Below, piece after piece: positions 1 to 12,149 of a stretch of DNA of 64,000 bases; within the stretch, counting starts at the first letter, position 1; the number at the start of each line of letters is the position of its first letter. The translations under genes were made by a program, and so were the position numbers. The notes under the pieces are model-generated. The model made no database searches. It was not told the origin of the DNA and saw only the letters and a list, made by a program, of their open reading frames with translations. Source of the DNA: Macrostomum lignano (lineage: Eukaryota); contig NIVC01000330.1 of NCBI GenBank assembly GCA_002269645.1, forward strand, positions 248,001 through 312,000, written 5' to 3'.

Positions 1-1281
1 GAGTAGGGGGTAGAGAGCAGGGCAGGCAGGCAGAGTAGGGAGAGTGGAGTAGGGGGTAGAGAGCAGGGCAGGCAGGCAGAGTAGAGAGAGTGGAGTAGGG
101 GGTAGAGAGCAGGGCAGGCAGGCAGAGTAGAGAGAGTGGAGTAGGGGGTAGAGAGCAGGGCAGGCAGGCAGAGTAGAGAGAGTGGAGTAGGGGGTAGAGA
201 GCAGGGCAGGCAGGCAGAGTAGGGAGAGTGGAGTAGAGAGAGTGGAGTAGGGGGTAGAGAGCAGGGCAGGCAGGCAGAGTAGAGAGAGTGGAGTAGAGAG
301 AGTGGAGTAGGGGGTAGAGAGCAGGGCAGGCAGGCAGAGTAGAGAGAGTGGAGTAGGGGTAGAGAGCAGGGCAGGCAGGCAGAGTAGAGAGAGTGGAGTA
401 GAGAGAGTGGAGTAGGGGGTAGAGAGCAGGGCAGGCAGGCAGAGTAGAGAGAGTGGAGTAGGGGGTAGAGAGCAGGGCAGGCAGGCAGAGTAGAGAGAGT
501 GGAGTAGGGGGTAGAGAGCAGGGCAGGCAGGCAGAGTAGGGAGAGTGGAGTAGGGGTAGAGAGCAGGGCAGGCAGGCAGAGTAGGGAGAGTGGAGTAGGG
601 GGTAGAGAGCAGGGCAGGCAGGCAGAGTAGGGAGAGTGGAGTAGAGAGAGTGGAGTAGGGGGTAGAGAGCAGGGCAGGCAGGCAGAGTAGAGAGAGTGGA
701 GTAGAGAGAGTGGAGTAGGGGGTAGAGAGCAGGGCAGGCAGGCAGAGTAGAGAGAGTGGAGTAGAGAGAGTGGAGTAGGGGGTAGAGAGCAGGGCAGGCA
801 GGCAGAGTAGGGAGAGTGGAGTAGGGGGTAGAGAGCAGGGCAGGCAGGCAGAGTAGGGAGAGTGGAGTAGAGAGAGTGGAGTAGGGGTAGAGAGCAGGGC
901 AGGCAGGCAGAGTAGGGAGAGTGGAGTAGGGGGTAGAGAGCAGGGCAGGCAGGCAGAGTAGGGAGAGTGGAGTAGGGGGTAGAGAGCAGGGCAGGCAGGC
1001 AGAGTAGAGAGAGTGGAGTAGGGGTAGAGAGCAGGGCAGGCAGGCAGAGTAGGGAGAGTGGAGTAGGGGTAGAGAGCAGGGCAGGCAGGCAGAGTAGGGA
1101 GAGTGGAGTAGGGGGTAGAGAGCAGGGCAGGCAGGCAGAGTAGAGAGAGTGGAGTAGGGGGTAGAGAGCAGGGCAGGCAGGCAGAGTAGGGAGAGTGGAG
1201 TAGGGGGTAGAGAGCAGGGCAGGCAGGCAGAGTAGGGAGAGTGGAGTAGGGGGTAGAGAGCAGGGCAGGCAGGCAGAGTAG
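1..1281. repeat. G-rich minisatellite, ~46-bp unit (gagtagggggtagagagcagggcaggcaggcagagtagRgagagtg)
   Basis: Head-to-tail copies read directly from position 1; the array is truncated by the window start. Confidence 0.95.
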
Positions 1282-2506
1282 ACGGCAGTTGAGTTAGAGA
1301 ACAGTGGCTAGATGCACAGACAAGACAGAGATCACACAGCCGCACAAGTTTTTAAAGCCAGTACAGCAGAACAGCAAGGCTTATTTGACCAAACAATGCT
1401 CGAGTGCAGACTGAAGCGTAACCGGACGAGAGCTTACACAAAATGGATTCGGCGAGGCTTGTGACTCAAAACTTAGCAGTGGAGGGAGTGGGAAGGGAAG
1501 AGAGGGCAGCGCAGAGCAACTGAGTCAATAGGGGAGGCGGCTGTCTATTGCAAGAAGATGGCCAATTGTTTGGCGGGCTTGTTGATGAAGCTGGCAACAC
1601 TGGCGGAGGGGACCCTGACTTGGCCTGCTTAAATAAAGATATATGCTGCAATACAGCCACAGTGAATTATTAGCATAGGGCCAGCTCTCTGAACAAACGC
1701 AAAAGCCAACAGATAAAAAACACACAAAAGCAACAAGCGTCCGGGGGGGGGGCTCTTTGTCCGAAAGCAGACTCTTGTTCGGCTTCTGTCTCTGGCTTGC
1801 TTTTTTGCCGTGTTTCGTGTCTTGCCAGAACTGCGGCTGTAGGGTCGGCTTGCGGCCTGATTAAACAATGCAAAAGCGGGATTTCTCAGTTCTCGGAGAA
1901 AGAAAAAAAACTAGAATGAGCTGCTTTCTACGGGAGCGGAAGACGACAGTGAAAGCAGAGCTTGTTGTAGCATAGAAAATATTGTAATGCCGAGTTGGTT
2001 CAGATTTGCTCGTGCATGTATTAATTGGAAAGGTTCTAAGAGGACTGAACAGCCCCTCAACAGAATGGCCCGCGTTCATTTAACACGGGTTATTGATTTT
2101 TCAAGTCGATTTTTTTCGCTTTTAAGCAAAAGAAAATTTTCTTATCTCTTCCGAGTCATAGCCGCTCAGTTGGAATGGAGCAGAATCTTCTCTCGAAGTT
2201 TTGAGTAGGATCGTAAAACCAATTCGTTGCTTTTAGGAAGAGGCAAAGAGAGGAGAGTTCTGAGGTTGACAAAAATTCCTTTGCGAAATCCTCGCTCACC
2301 TGCAATCTTCTGTCGTCTGCCTTTCGTGCAACTCGAGTTCTAAAATTTCGAACTTCGATTTCTTCCCGAAATTGGGAATTGAGAGGGTGAGAGTTGAGAT
2401 CGCAAAAATTGAGTGCATGACTCACTCCAGGGGTCGGAAATGGTTCCTGATTTAAAGCTGCATAAATCTGGTTAAATTTCTGCGCTAAATGGCTTAAGAT
2501 TTCGGC

Positions 2507-4648
2507 TAGGATAAAGACAGGAGAATCGGCACCCTTATCTCTTAGACAGGTAGATAAAGACTCAGGAGAATCGGCACCCTTATCTCTTAGACAGGTAGAT
2601 AAAGACTCAGGAGAATCGGCACCCTTATCTCTTAGACAGGTAGATAAAGACTCAGGAGAATCGGCGCCCTTATCTCTTAGGCAGGTAGATAAAGACTCTG
2701 GTGAATCGGCGCCCTTATCTCTTAGGCAGGTAGATAAAGACTCAGGAGAATCGGCACCCTTATCTCTTAGGCAGGTAGATAAAGACTCTGGTGAATCGGC
2801 GCCCTTATCTCTTAGGCAGGTAGATAAAGACTCTGGTGAATCGGCGCCCTTATCTCTTAGGCAGGTAGATAAAGACTCAGGAGAATCGGCGCCCTTATCT
2901 CTTAGGCAGGTAGATAAAGACTCAGGAGAATCGGCGCCCTTATCTCTTAGGCAGGTAGATAAAGACTCAGGAGAATCGGCGCCCTTATCTCTTAGGCAGG
3001 TAGATAAAGACTCTGGTGAATCGGCGCCCTTATCTCTTAGGCAGGTAGATAAAGACTCAGGAGAATCGGCGCCCTTATCTCTTAGGCAGGTAGATAAAGA
3101 CTCAGGAGAATCGGCGCCCTTATCTCTTAGGCAGGTAGATAAAGACTCTGGTGAATCGGCGCCCTTATCTCTTAGACAGGTAGATAAAGACTCTGGTGAA
3201 TCGGCGCCCTTATCTCTTAGGCAGGTAGATAAAGACTCTGGTGAATCGGCGCCCTTATCTCTTAGGCAGGTAGATAAAGACTCAGGAGAATCGGCGCCCT
3301 TATCTCTTAGGCAGGTAGATAAAGACTCAGGAGAATCGGCGCCCTTATCTCTTAGGCAGGTAGATAAAGACTCAGGAGAATCGGCGCCCTTATCTCTTAG
3401 GCAGGTAGATAAAGACTCAGGAGAATCGGCGCCCTTATCTCTTAGGCAGGTAGATAAAGACTCAGGAGAATCGGCGCCCTTATCTCTTAGGCAGGTAGAT
3501 AAAGACTCAGGAGAATCGGCGCCCTTATCTCTTAGGCAGGTAGATAAAGACTCAGGAGAATCGGCGCCCTTATCTCTTAGGCAGGTAGATAAAGACTCAG
3601 GAGAATCGGCGCCCTTATCTCTTAGGCAGGTAGATAAAGACTCTGGTGAATCGGCGCCCTTATCTCTTAGACAGGTAGATAAAGACTCTGGTGAATCGGC
3701 GCCCTTATCTCTTAGGCAGGTAGATAAAGACTCTGGTGAATCGGCGCCCTTATCTCTTAGGCAGGTAGATAAAGACTCAGGAGAATCGGCGCCCTTATCT
3801 CTTAGGCAGGTAGATAAAGACTCTGGTGAATCGGCGCCCTTATCTCTTAGACAGGTAGATAAAGACTCTGGTGAATCGGCGCCCTTATCTCTTAGGCAGG
3901 TAGATAAAGACTCTGGTGAATCGGCGCCCTTATCTCTTAGACAGGTAGATAAAGACTCTGGTGAATCGGCGCCCTTATCTCTTAGGCAGGTAGATAAAGA
4001 CTCTGGTGAATCGGCGCCCTTATCTCTTAGACAGGTAGATAAAGACTCTGGTGAATCGGCGCCCTTATCTCTTAGGCAGGTAGATAAAGACTCTGGTGAA
4101 TCGCCACCCTTATCTCTTAGACAGGTAGATAAAGACTCTGGTGAATCGCCACCCTTATCTCTTAGGCAGGTAGATAAAGACTCAGGAGAATCGGCGCCCT
4201 TATCTCTTAGGCAGGTAGATAAAGACTCAGGAGAATCGGCGCCCTTATCTCTCTTAGGCAGGTAGATAAAGATCCAGGTGAATCGGCGCCCTTATCTCTC
4301 TTAGGCAGGTAGATAAAGACTCAGATGAATCGCCACCCTTATCTCTCTTAGGCAGGTAGATAAAGATCCAGTTGAATCGGCACCCTTATCTCTCTTAGGC
4401 AGGTAGATAAAGATCCAGGTGAATCGGCGCCCTTATCTCTCTTAGGCAGGTAGATAAAGACTCAGGAGAATCGGCACCCTTATCTCTCTTAGGCAGGTAG
4501 ATAAAGATCCAGGTGAATCGCCACCCTTATCTCTCTTAGGCAGGTAGATAAAGATCCAGGTGAATCGCCACCCTTATCTCTCTTAGGCAGGTAGATAAAG
4601 ATCCGGGTGAATCGGCACCCTTATCTCTCTTAGGCAGGTAGATAAAGA
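2507..4648. repeat. Minisatellite, 45-bp unit (tagataaagactcaggagaatcggcgcccttatctcttaggcagg), 47-bp variants at the 3' end
   Basis: About 47 tandem copies visible; the CT-insertion variant is confined to the last ~9 units. Confidence 0.95.
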
Positions 4649-5170
4649 AAGGTGAAGAAGATAAAGAAAGATAAAGAAAGATAAAGAAAGATAAAGGTGA
4701 ATCGGCTCTCTCCTAATCATTTGGCAATAAGAAATTAAGAACCCGTCTCTAATCACCTCGTTGACATATTTCTAAGAAAACGCAAAGAAGTCCTAGTTAT
4801 TATATTCGAGCTAAACAAGGTGAAAACGCGACCAATCCTTCAAAAGCAATCATCCATAAGTGCTGCAAGAACGAAGGGAAGGATTTTCCCAGTTAGAATC
4901 CTTCGCACCTTGAAAGTCCATAGGGGTGCCGATGAGGCAGGAGGCTGAGAGTAAGAAAAGGCGTCAGCGGGAACAAACATTTGGCAAAGCGAAGTTCACC
5001 TGTTAGTTGAAAAGAAAAGCACACGCGGGATGAAAAATGCCTGACAGACGAGGTCACAAGAAAACTCCCCATTTGCTTTTACACTTCAACCGACTTTCTC
5101 CCTTATGTTCAGAAGAATTTTAACGCGGGACATTTTCTGGAATTTCTGTTCTGACAAAGTTCGAAATTAT

Positions 5171-5250
5171 GGGGCAGAGCAGCTCAGCGGTTAACGCGGC
5201 TGACTCTCGCGCCACGATCCGCGCCGCGATCCCTGGTTCGATTCCATGCG
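5171..5250 (+). mobile_element. tRNA-derived Pol III head (SINE-like or tRNA pseudogene)
   Basis: A-box-like AGCTCAGCGG at 5181-5190 and canonical B box GGTTCGATTCC at 5235-5245. No clean acceptor or anticodon stem, so it is not called a functional tRNA. Confidence 0.55.
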
Positions 5251-5371
5251 AAACACACTCGTTTAGGATGATGTCACCGAAGGCGTTGCGCCAGGCTGGC
5301 CGCAGTCCCCCAGCGAATTTTTTAAAACTCAAGTTCCAAATCAATAGAAAATGTACTAGCAGATAGCTAAC

Positions 5372-5983
5372 CTGGTGTCCCGGGTATCCCAGGTGTCCCA
5401 GGTGTCTCAGATGTCCCAGGTGTCCCAGGTTTCCCAGGTGCCTCAGGTGTCACTGCTGTCCCAGGTGTCCCAGTTGTCACAGGTGTCTTAGGTGTTCCAG
5501 GTGTCCCAGGTGTCTCAGGTGTCTAAGGTGTCACTGGTGTCCCAGGTGTCCCAGGTGTCTCAGGTGTCCCAGGTGTCTCAGGTGTCACTGGTGTCTCAGG
5601 TGTCTCAGGTGTCTCAGGTGTCTCAGGTATCTCAGGTGTCTCATGTGTCTCAGGTGTCCCATGTGTCCCAGTTGTCCCAGGTGTTCCAGTTGTCCCAGTT
5701 GTCCCAGGTGTTCCAGTTGTCCCAGGTGTTCCAGGTGTCCCAGTTGTCCCAGGTGTCCCAGTTGTCCCATGTATCCCAGGTGTCCCAGTTTTCCCAGGTG
5801 TCCCAGTTCTTCCAGGTGTCCCAGGTGTCCCAGTTCTTCCAGGTGTCCCAGGTGTCCCAGTTCTTCCAGGTGTCCCAGGTGTCCCAGGTGTCTTAGGTGT
5901 TCCAGTTGTTCCAGGTGTCACTGGTGTCCCAGGTGTCTTAGGTGTTCCAGTTGTTCCAGGTGTCACTGGTGTCCCAGGTTTCC
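5372..5983. repeat. 9-bp minisatellite (ccaggtgtc)
   Basis: Degenerate tandem copies; source of the spurious VSQ/TPG/CPR ORFs. Confidence 0.9.
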
Positions 5984-6491
5984 CCGAAGTTTTAAGCGAG
6001 CAGTGAAGCGCAGCAGCTCAGTGGGATTGGAAAATGGGATAATTAGATGAGGAAGTGGGGCGAAAGCAGACATGGATAGCCATTGCCATCTACACAGGGT
6101 AGGAAAAGAAGTTAGCTTGCTCTAGCAATATCAGGATCATTGCAGCTTCCCTTCTTCATCTGGGCTCTTACATCCTGCATCCAGCTCTAGTTCTTCTATT
6201 AAATCCTCCATACACTCCCCCCATATTTTGCTCTCCATCTCTTTTCGTCATCCCCAGACTCTTTGGGATTCTGGGGGATTCTATTATGAAAGATCCACAC
6301 CCCTATTCAGGAGAAGCTGCTCACCCACCCCAGAAATCAGAGCCAGAAGCAGCAGCCAGAGAAAGGTAAAAGTGGAGAGAAAGAAAGCTGCTGGCGACTT
6401 TAGAGAAAAAAAATGTTCTGCAATTCCGCTCGTCTCCAGTCTGCAGGCCCAGCAGTGCAGCTGCTTTCATTGCTGAATGGAGACTGGGGAA

Positions 6492-7721
6492 AAAACTGAA
6501 GCTCTTGCTGCCCCCCAGCTCAAATGCAGCAATTGCAGACTTTCATTGCATCGCCCCCCTCTCCTCAGAGCTTCTCTCTTTTAATTCGTTCCTTTTCTCT
6601 CGCAACAAATTGTGTGCGTTTTTCTGTGACTGACAGACCAGGCTTTTCAATTCTTGGCTCTGCACAATCAGTAGCGCTTGTGGAGGAGTGAAAATCTATT
6701 GATAGAATCGTGATAGATAGATGGTCCAAAAAACTAAATGAAAGAGGCAACCAAGCTCAATGAATGAATAGAGCTGAAATTCTGCCTTCTGTCTTCTACA
6801 TGGTATCCATCGGCCTAGGACAAAGAGACAGTGGCGCCAACCAAGAGACAGTGGCGCCAATAAGAGACAGTGGCGCCAATAAGAGACAGTGGCGCCAACC
6901 AAGAGACAGGGGCGCCAATAAGAGACAGTGGCGCCAATAAGAGACAGTGGCGCCAATAAGAGACAGTGGCGCCAATCAAGAGACAATGGCGCAAATAAGA
7001 GACAGGGGCGCTAACAAGAGATAGGGGCGCCAACCAAGAGACAGGGACGTCCACCAAAAGATAGGGGCGAACATCAATAGACAGAGACGCCCACTATGGC
7101 CAAAACGCAAAGGACCATAGATAGCAGCGGTCCGAACCGAAAACTGAAGCTCTTGCTGCCCCCCAGCTCAAATGCAGCAATTGCAGACTTTCATTGCATC
7201 GCCCCCCTCTCCTCAGAGCTTCTCTCTTTTAATTCGTTCCTTTTCTCTCGCAACAAATTGTGTGCGTTTTTCTGTGACTGACAGACCAGGCTTTTCAATT
7301 CTTGGCTCTGCACAATCAGTAGCGCTTGTGGAACCAAGCTCAATGAATGAATAGAGCTGAAATTCTGCCTTCTGTCTTCTACATGGTATCCATCGGCCTA
7401 GGACAAAGAGACAGTGGCGCCAACCAAGAGACAGTGGCGCCAATAAGAGACAGTGGCGCCAATAAGAGACAGTGGCGCCAACCAAGAGACAGGGGCGCCA
7501 ATAAGAGACAGTGGCGCCAATAAGAGACAGTGGCGCCAATAAGAGACAGTGGCGCCAATCAAGAGACAATGGCGCAAATAAGAGACAGGGGCGCTAACAA
7601 GAGATAGGGGCGCCAACCAAGAGACAGGGACGTCCACCAAAAGATAGGGGCGAACATCAATAGACAGAGACGCCCACTATGGCCAAAACGCAAAGGACCA
7701 TAGATAGCAGCGGTCCGAACC
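6492..7721. repeat. Local direct duplication with internal deletion (A-B-C-A-C), containing a ~19-20-bp ccaataagagacagtggcg array in each C
   Basis: 6492-6684 recurs at 7140-7332 (offset 648); 6749-7138 recurs at 7332-7721 (offset 583). Confidence 0.9.
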
Positions 7722-8458
7722 CAAAGGACCATATATAGCACAGCAGCGGCCGGGACCCAAAGGACCATAGATAGCAGCGGCCGGAACCCGAATGACCATA
7801 GATAGCAGCGGCCGGAACCCAAATGACCATAGATAGCAGCGGCCGGAACCCGAATGACCATAGATAGCAGCGGCCGGAACCCAAATGATCATAGATAGCA
7901 GCGGCCGGAACCCAAATGACCATAGATAGCAGCGGCCGGAACCCAAATGACCATAGATAGCAGCGGCCGGAACCCAAATGACCATAGATAGCAGCGGCCG
8001 GAACCCAAATGACCATAGATAGCAGCGGCCGGAACCCAAATGACCATAGATAGCAGCGGCCGGAACCCAAATGACCATAGATAGCAGCGGCCGGAACCCA
8101 AATGACCATAGATAGCAGCGGCCGGAACCCAAATGACCATAGATAGCAGCGGCCGGAACCCAAATGACCATAGATAGCAGCGGCCGGAACCCAAATGACC
8201 ATAGATAGCAGCGGCCGGAACCCAAATGACCATAGATAGCAGCGGCCGGAACCCAAATGACCATAGATAGCAGCGGCCGGAACCCAAATGACCATAGATA
8301 GCAGCGGCCGGAACCCAAATGACCATAGATAGCAGCGGCCGGAACCCAAATGACCATAGATAGCAGCGGCCGGAACCCAAAGGACCATAGATAGCAGCGG
8401 CCGGAACCCAAAGGACCATAGATAGCAGCGGCCGGAACCCAAATGACCATAGATAGCA
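7690..8458. repeat. 31-bp minisatellite (aacccaaatgaccatagatagcagcggccgg)
   Basis: About 24 tandem copies ending ~36 nt before an exon acceptor. Confidence 0.95.
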
Positions 8459-8494
8459 GTTGCTCTAGAATAATTTTAATTTTCCTCACTTCAG

Positions 8495-8597
8495 CTTCAA
8501 GCCATCAGGAGAGAACTTGCTGAAGATCCAGCGAGAAACAAACGAGCTGATCTTTGTGTGTCCGAAAGGCGGTCTGGAATTCTACGCAATTTACTGG
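8495..8597 (+). CDS. Ephrin-like gene, first identified coding exon (FKPSGENLLKIQRETNELIFVCPKGGLEFYAIYW)
   Basis: Acceptor ttttcctcacttcag and donor gtgaga; phase 2 to phase 0. Matches the ephrin-B-type pattern F-P..G-L..Q...L.I.CPK ... EYY.LY recalled from known ephrins. Confidence 0.75.
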
Positions 8598-8929
8598 GTG
8601 AGAAAATTGATAAGGACTCTTTTCGGATTATGAATTATTGCAGTTCAGCTTCTGTGGATGAATAGGAATTCAATTAATAGATTTGCAGATGATATAAACG
8701 GGTATAAACTTATCGATGAGTCAGATTTTTTCTTCCGGTGTTGACTTCGAAATGCGATATTGAGAAAATATATGAGCTGTAAAGTTTTTGATAAGGCTCA
8801 ACTGTCAGGCTAGATTTGATAATATGCTAATTTATGGAAGCCTAATATTTATGGCCTGCAGAATAGCCCTTGCTAAAATGGCTATGGTGAACTCAGATGC
8901 TAGTCTGCTCACAAGAAGTCAAAGAAAGG

Positions 8930-9955
8930 CGGTAGCGGTCAACATCAAAGGATCTGAGAGGTGGTAGCGATCAACATCAAAGTGTCTGAGAGGTGGTAGC
9001 GATCAACATCAAAGTGTCTGAGAGGTGGTAGCGGCGGTCAACATCAAAGAATCTGAGAGGTGGTAGCCGCGGTCAACATCAAAGGATCTAAAAGGTGGTA
9101 GCGGCGGTCAACATCAAAGGATCTGAGAGGTGGTAGCGGCGGTCAATATCAAAGGATCTGAGAGGTGGTAGCCGCGGTCAACATCAAAGGATCTAAAAGG
9201 TGGTAGCGGCGGTCAACATCAAAGGATCTGAGAGGTGGTAGCGGCGGTCAACATCAAAGGATCTGAGAGGTGGTAGCCGCGGTCAACATCAAAGGATCTA
9301 AAAGGTGGTAGCGGCGGTCAACATCAAAGGATCTGAGAGGTGGTAGCGGCGGTCAACATCAAATGATCTGAGAGGTGGTAGCGATCAACATAAGTGTCTG
9401 AGAGGTGGTAGCGGCGGTCAACATCAAAGGATCTGAGAGGTGGTAGCGATCAACATCAAAGTGTCTGAGAGGTGGTAGCGGCGGTCAACATCAAATGATC
9501 TGAGAGGTGGTAGCGGCGGACCCGGCGGTCAATATCAAAGTGTCTGAGAGGTGGTAGCGGCGGTCAACATCAAAGAATCTGAGAGGTGGTAGCCGCGGTC
9601 AACATCAAAGGATCTAAAAGGTGGTAGCGGCGGTCAACATCAAAGGATCTGAGAGGTGGTAGCCGCGGTCAACATCAAAGGATCTAAAAGGTGGTAGCGG
9701 CGGTCAACATCAAAGGATCTGAGAGGTGGTAGCGGCGGTCAATATCAAAGTGTCTGAGAGGTGGTAGCGGCGGTCAACATCAAAGGATCTGAGAGGTGGT
9801 AGCGGCGGTCAACATTAAAGTGTCTTAGAGGTGGTATCGGCGGTCAACATCAAAGGATCTGAGAGGTGGTAGCGGCGGTCAACATCAAAGGATCTGAGAG
9901 GTGGTAGCCGCGGTCAACATCAAAGGATCTGAGAGGTGGTAGCGGCGGTCAACAG
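8930..9955. repeat. ~35-bp minisatellite (gcggcggtcaacatcaaaggatctgagaggtggta), intronic
   Basis: About 29 tandem copies with small indels. Confidence 0.95.
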
Positions 9956-10119
9956 CCGAGTTCATAGAGTTTATGAACTCTCTATATACTACAACTGACG
10001 TGTTGTTTGTATGTATGATGCAACGTAATTCCTCCTAGGCTACTTGCAACTCTGCGTTGAAAGATTATTTTTAATAAACCGATACCACACACTGCCAACA
10101 CCATAAAATCCAACTTCAG

Positions 10120-10264
10120 ACTTATTCAGCCGCTGATTGGCGTCACTGCACCAACGGTACTTTGATGTTCAGCTGTCGTCACAGAGAGTACTTCATGCTG
10201 CCTATGCGACTCTACTCTGCCGATCCAACGGTGCCGAACTTCAATGGCCCAGTGTACTTTTACA
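10120..10264 (+). CDS. Ephrin-like gene, next exon (TYSAADWRHCTNGTLMFSCRHREYFMLPMRLYSADPTVPNFNGPVYFY)
   Basis: Acceptor caacttcag and donor gtgagt; phase 0 joins the previous exon in frame. Carries ephrin Cys2 and Cys3 and a YFY end like the ephrin YYYIS motif, with a phase-1 intron. Confidence 0.75.
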
Positions 10265-10299
10265 GTGAGTACTGGGGCTGCTTTCGATCTGTTCTGATC

Positions 10300-10625
10300 T
10301 CAATCTGTCTCTGACTCGACCTGTCTGTCTCTGTCTCGTCCTGTCTTTCTCTCTGTCTCGTCCTGTCTGTCTCTGTCTCGTCCTGTCTTTCTCTGAATCG
10401 TCCTATCTGTCTCTGACTCGTCCTGTCTGTCTCTGACTCGTCCTGTCTGTCGCTGTCTCTTTCTGTCTTTCTCTCTGTCTCGTCCTGTCTGTCTCTGTCT
10501 CGTTCTGTCTTTCTCTCTGTCTCTGTCTCGTCCTGTCTTTCTCTGTCCCGTCCTGTCTGTCTCTGTCTCGTCCTGTCTGTCTCTGACTCGTCCTGTCTTC
10601 TGGTTTTGTCTTGTCTTTCTCTCTG
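10300..10625. repeat. CT-rich degenerate ~20-bp repeat (tcgtcctgtctgtctctg)
   Basis: Visible tandem units. Confidence 0.85.
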
Positions 10626-11121
10626 CCGTATCCTGCCTCTCATCAAGAGTATGCTCTAACTGATCAATATTGCTTGTGCTCATCGCTTTGCATTCAAATA
10701 TCACGTAAAAAATTGACTCGGGAAAATTCAGCTTTAAAATTTAAAATAAATCTAATTGAAATGATAGAAAAGAAGCCGTATGCCACTCTGCAGACCCTTT
10801 TATTATTGAATTTCACTCAACATACCCAGCAGCGCAAAAGCAAGCATGGCTTTTTTTACTTTTCCTGCTGCATGACTGGCAGCTCCTAGAGATAGAGATC
10901 AGGCAGGCAGGCACAGAAAGATAGGGAGGGAATCAAGCAAACGCTTTGAAAACCCGTTCACAATTTTCTGCTGCTTCCAATAGTGCTCAGAGAAAAGCAG
11001 AGAGAGAAAGAGAGAGAAAGGACGCTGCCTGGTTCTCATTTTTCATCTCGCGAACCGAACAGTTCACGCACTAGTAGCTCAGGTGCCGCCTCTGCTGAGT
11101 TGAGTAATCATTTTTTTTCAG

Positions 11122-11235
11122 CCGAATCTGAGCATCGATTGAGCGCTGGGCTCATCAATTTCTGCGCCTCTTTCTCTGTTGCTTTACTCTTGTTGCTGTT
11201 CCTGATAGAGCCAGCTCAGGGGGGAGAAGCATCAG
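11122..11235 (+). CDS. Ephrin-like gene, exon with putative fourth Cys ([37 protein letters not shown])
   Basis: Strong acceptor ttttttttcag; phase 1-1, 114 nt, open frame. The donor gtgtct is weak. Confidence 0.55.
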
Positions 11236-11371
11236 GTGTCTGGGGACTCACCCATATCCTTGCCTACACTGTATACTGCTCTCAGTTCTCGCCTCGGTTA
11301 TTCCAGAGGGGAGGGCAACCGTGAAAGCATTGGTTTTTTCTTTGCTTTTTTCCCGGGCATCTGTCTGCCTA

Positions 11372-11598
<227 letters not shown>

Positions 11599-12149
11599 GG
11601 CCCACAGTGCGCTAAATTTAATGTGGCATTGTACAAACACGATGCATTCGTACTCGAATAGCTGATTAAGTTTCCCTACTCGCTACTCGAATCCCATTTC
11701 GAGAAGCCGCTCTCTAGATCCCCCTTCCTCCCCGAACCCATCGGAGCGGCAGTCTGGCTGACCCCAGATAGCCCCCCCCGTCGCCACGGCATTGGTTTCA
11801 ATTTGCTCCAGCTTCCCATGATGAAGCGCTACGAGGTGATGCACGGCGAAGCCGGCCTGTCAACTCAATCAATTTCCTTTGCCCAAACCGAAACCCCAGA
11901 GCGAACATTTGCAACATAGCTGACATTTGCAACGGGAGATATTCGCTCTAGTAAGTGTGGGCTGCGCAGCGTGATGGGACGGCCACGGCCATTCATCCTT
12001 GAGTGGTTCGAAAATTAATTGACCAGCAGGCAGCAGCGAAACGGAATGCGGGTGCACAAGGGATGGAGATTGGCATGCAAATTGCACTGCATTCCAGTTC
12101 AGATCCCTGCTTCGCTACTGTTGCACTGAGCTCAACTACCGGAATTGGG

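Noticed and set aside
2507-4648. Regular 30-48-bp repeat arrays (here and elsewhere) as CRISPR arrays
   Set aside because: Units are head-to-tail with no unique spacers, there are no cas genes, and the context is a spliced eukaryotic genome.
6228-6720. Candidates for the missing ephrin signal-peptide exon
   Set aside because: No ATG plus hydrophobic core plus WNxSN-like motif ending at a phase-2 donor; the best-looking frame has in-frame stops.
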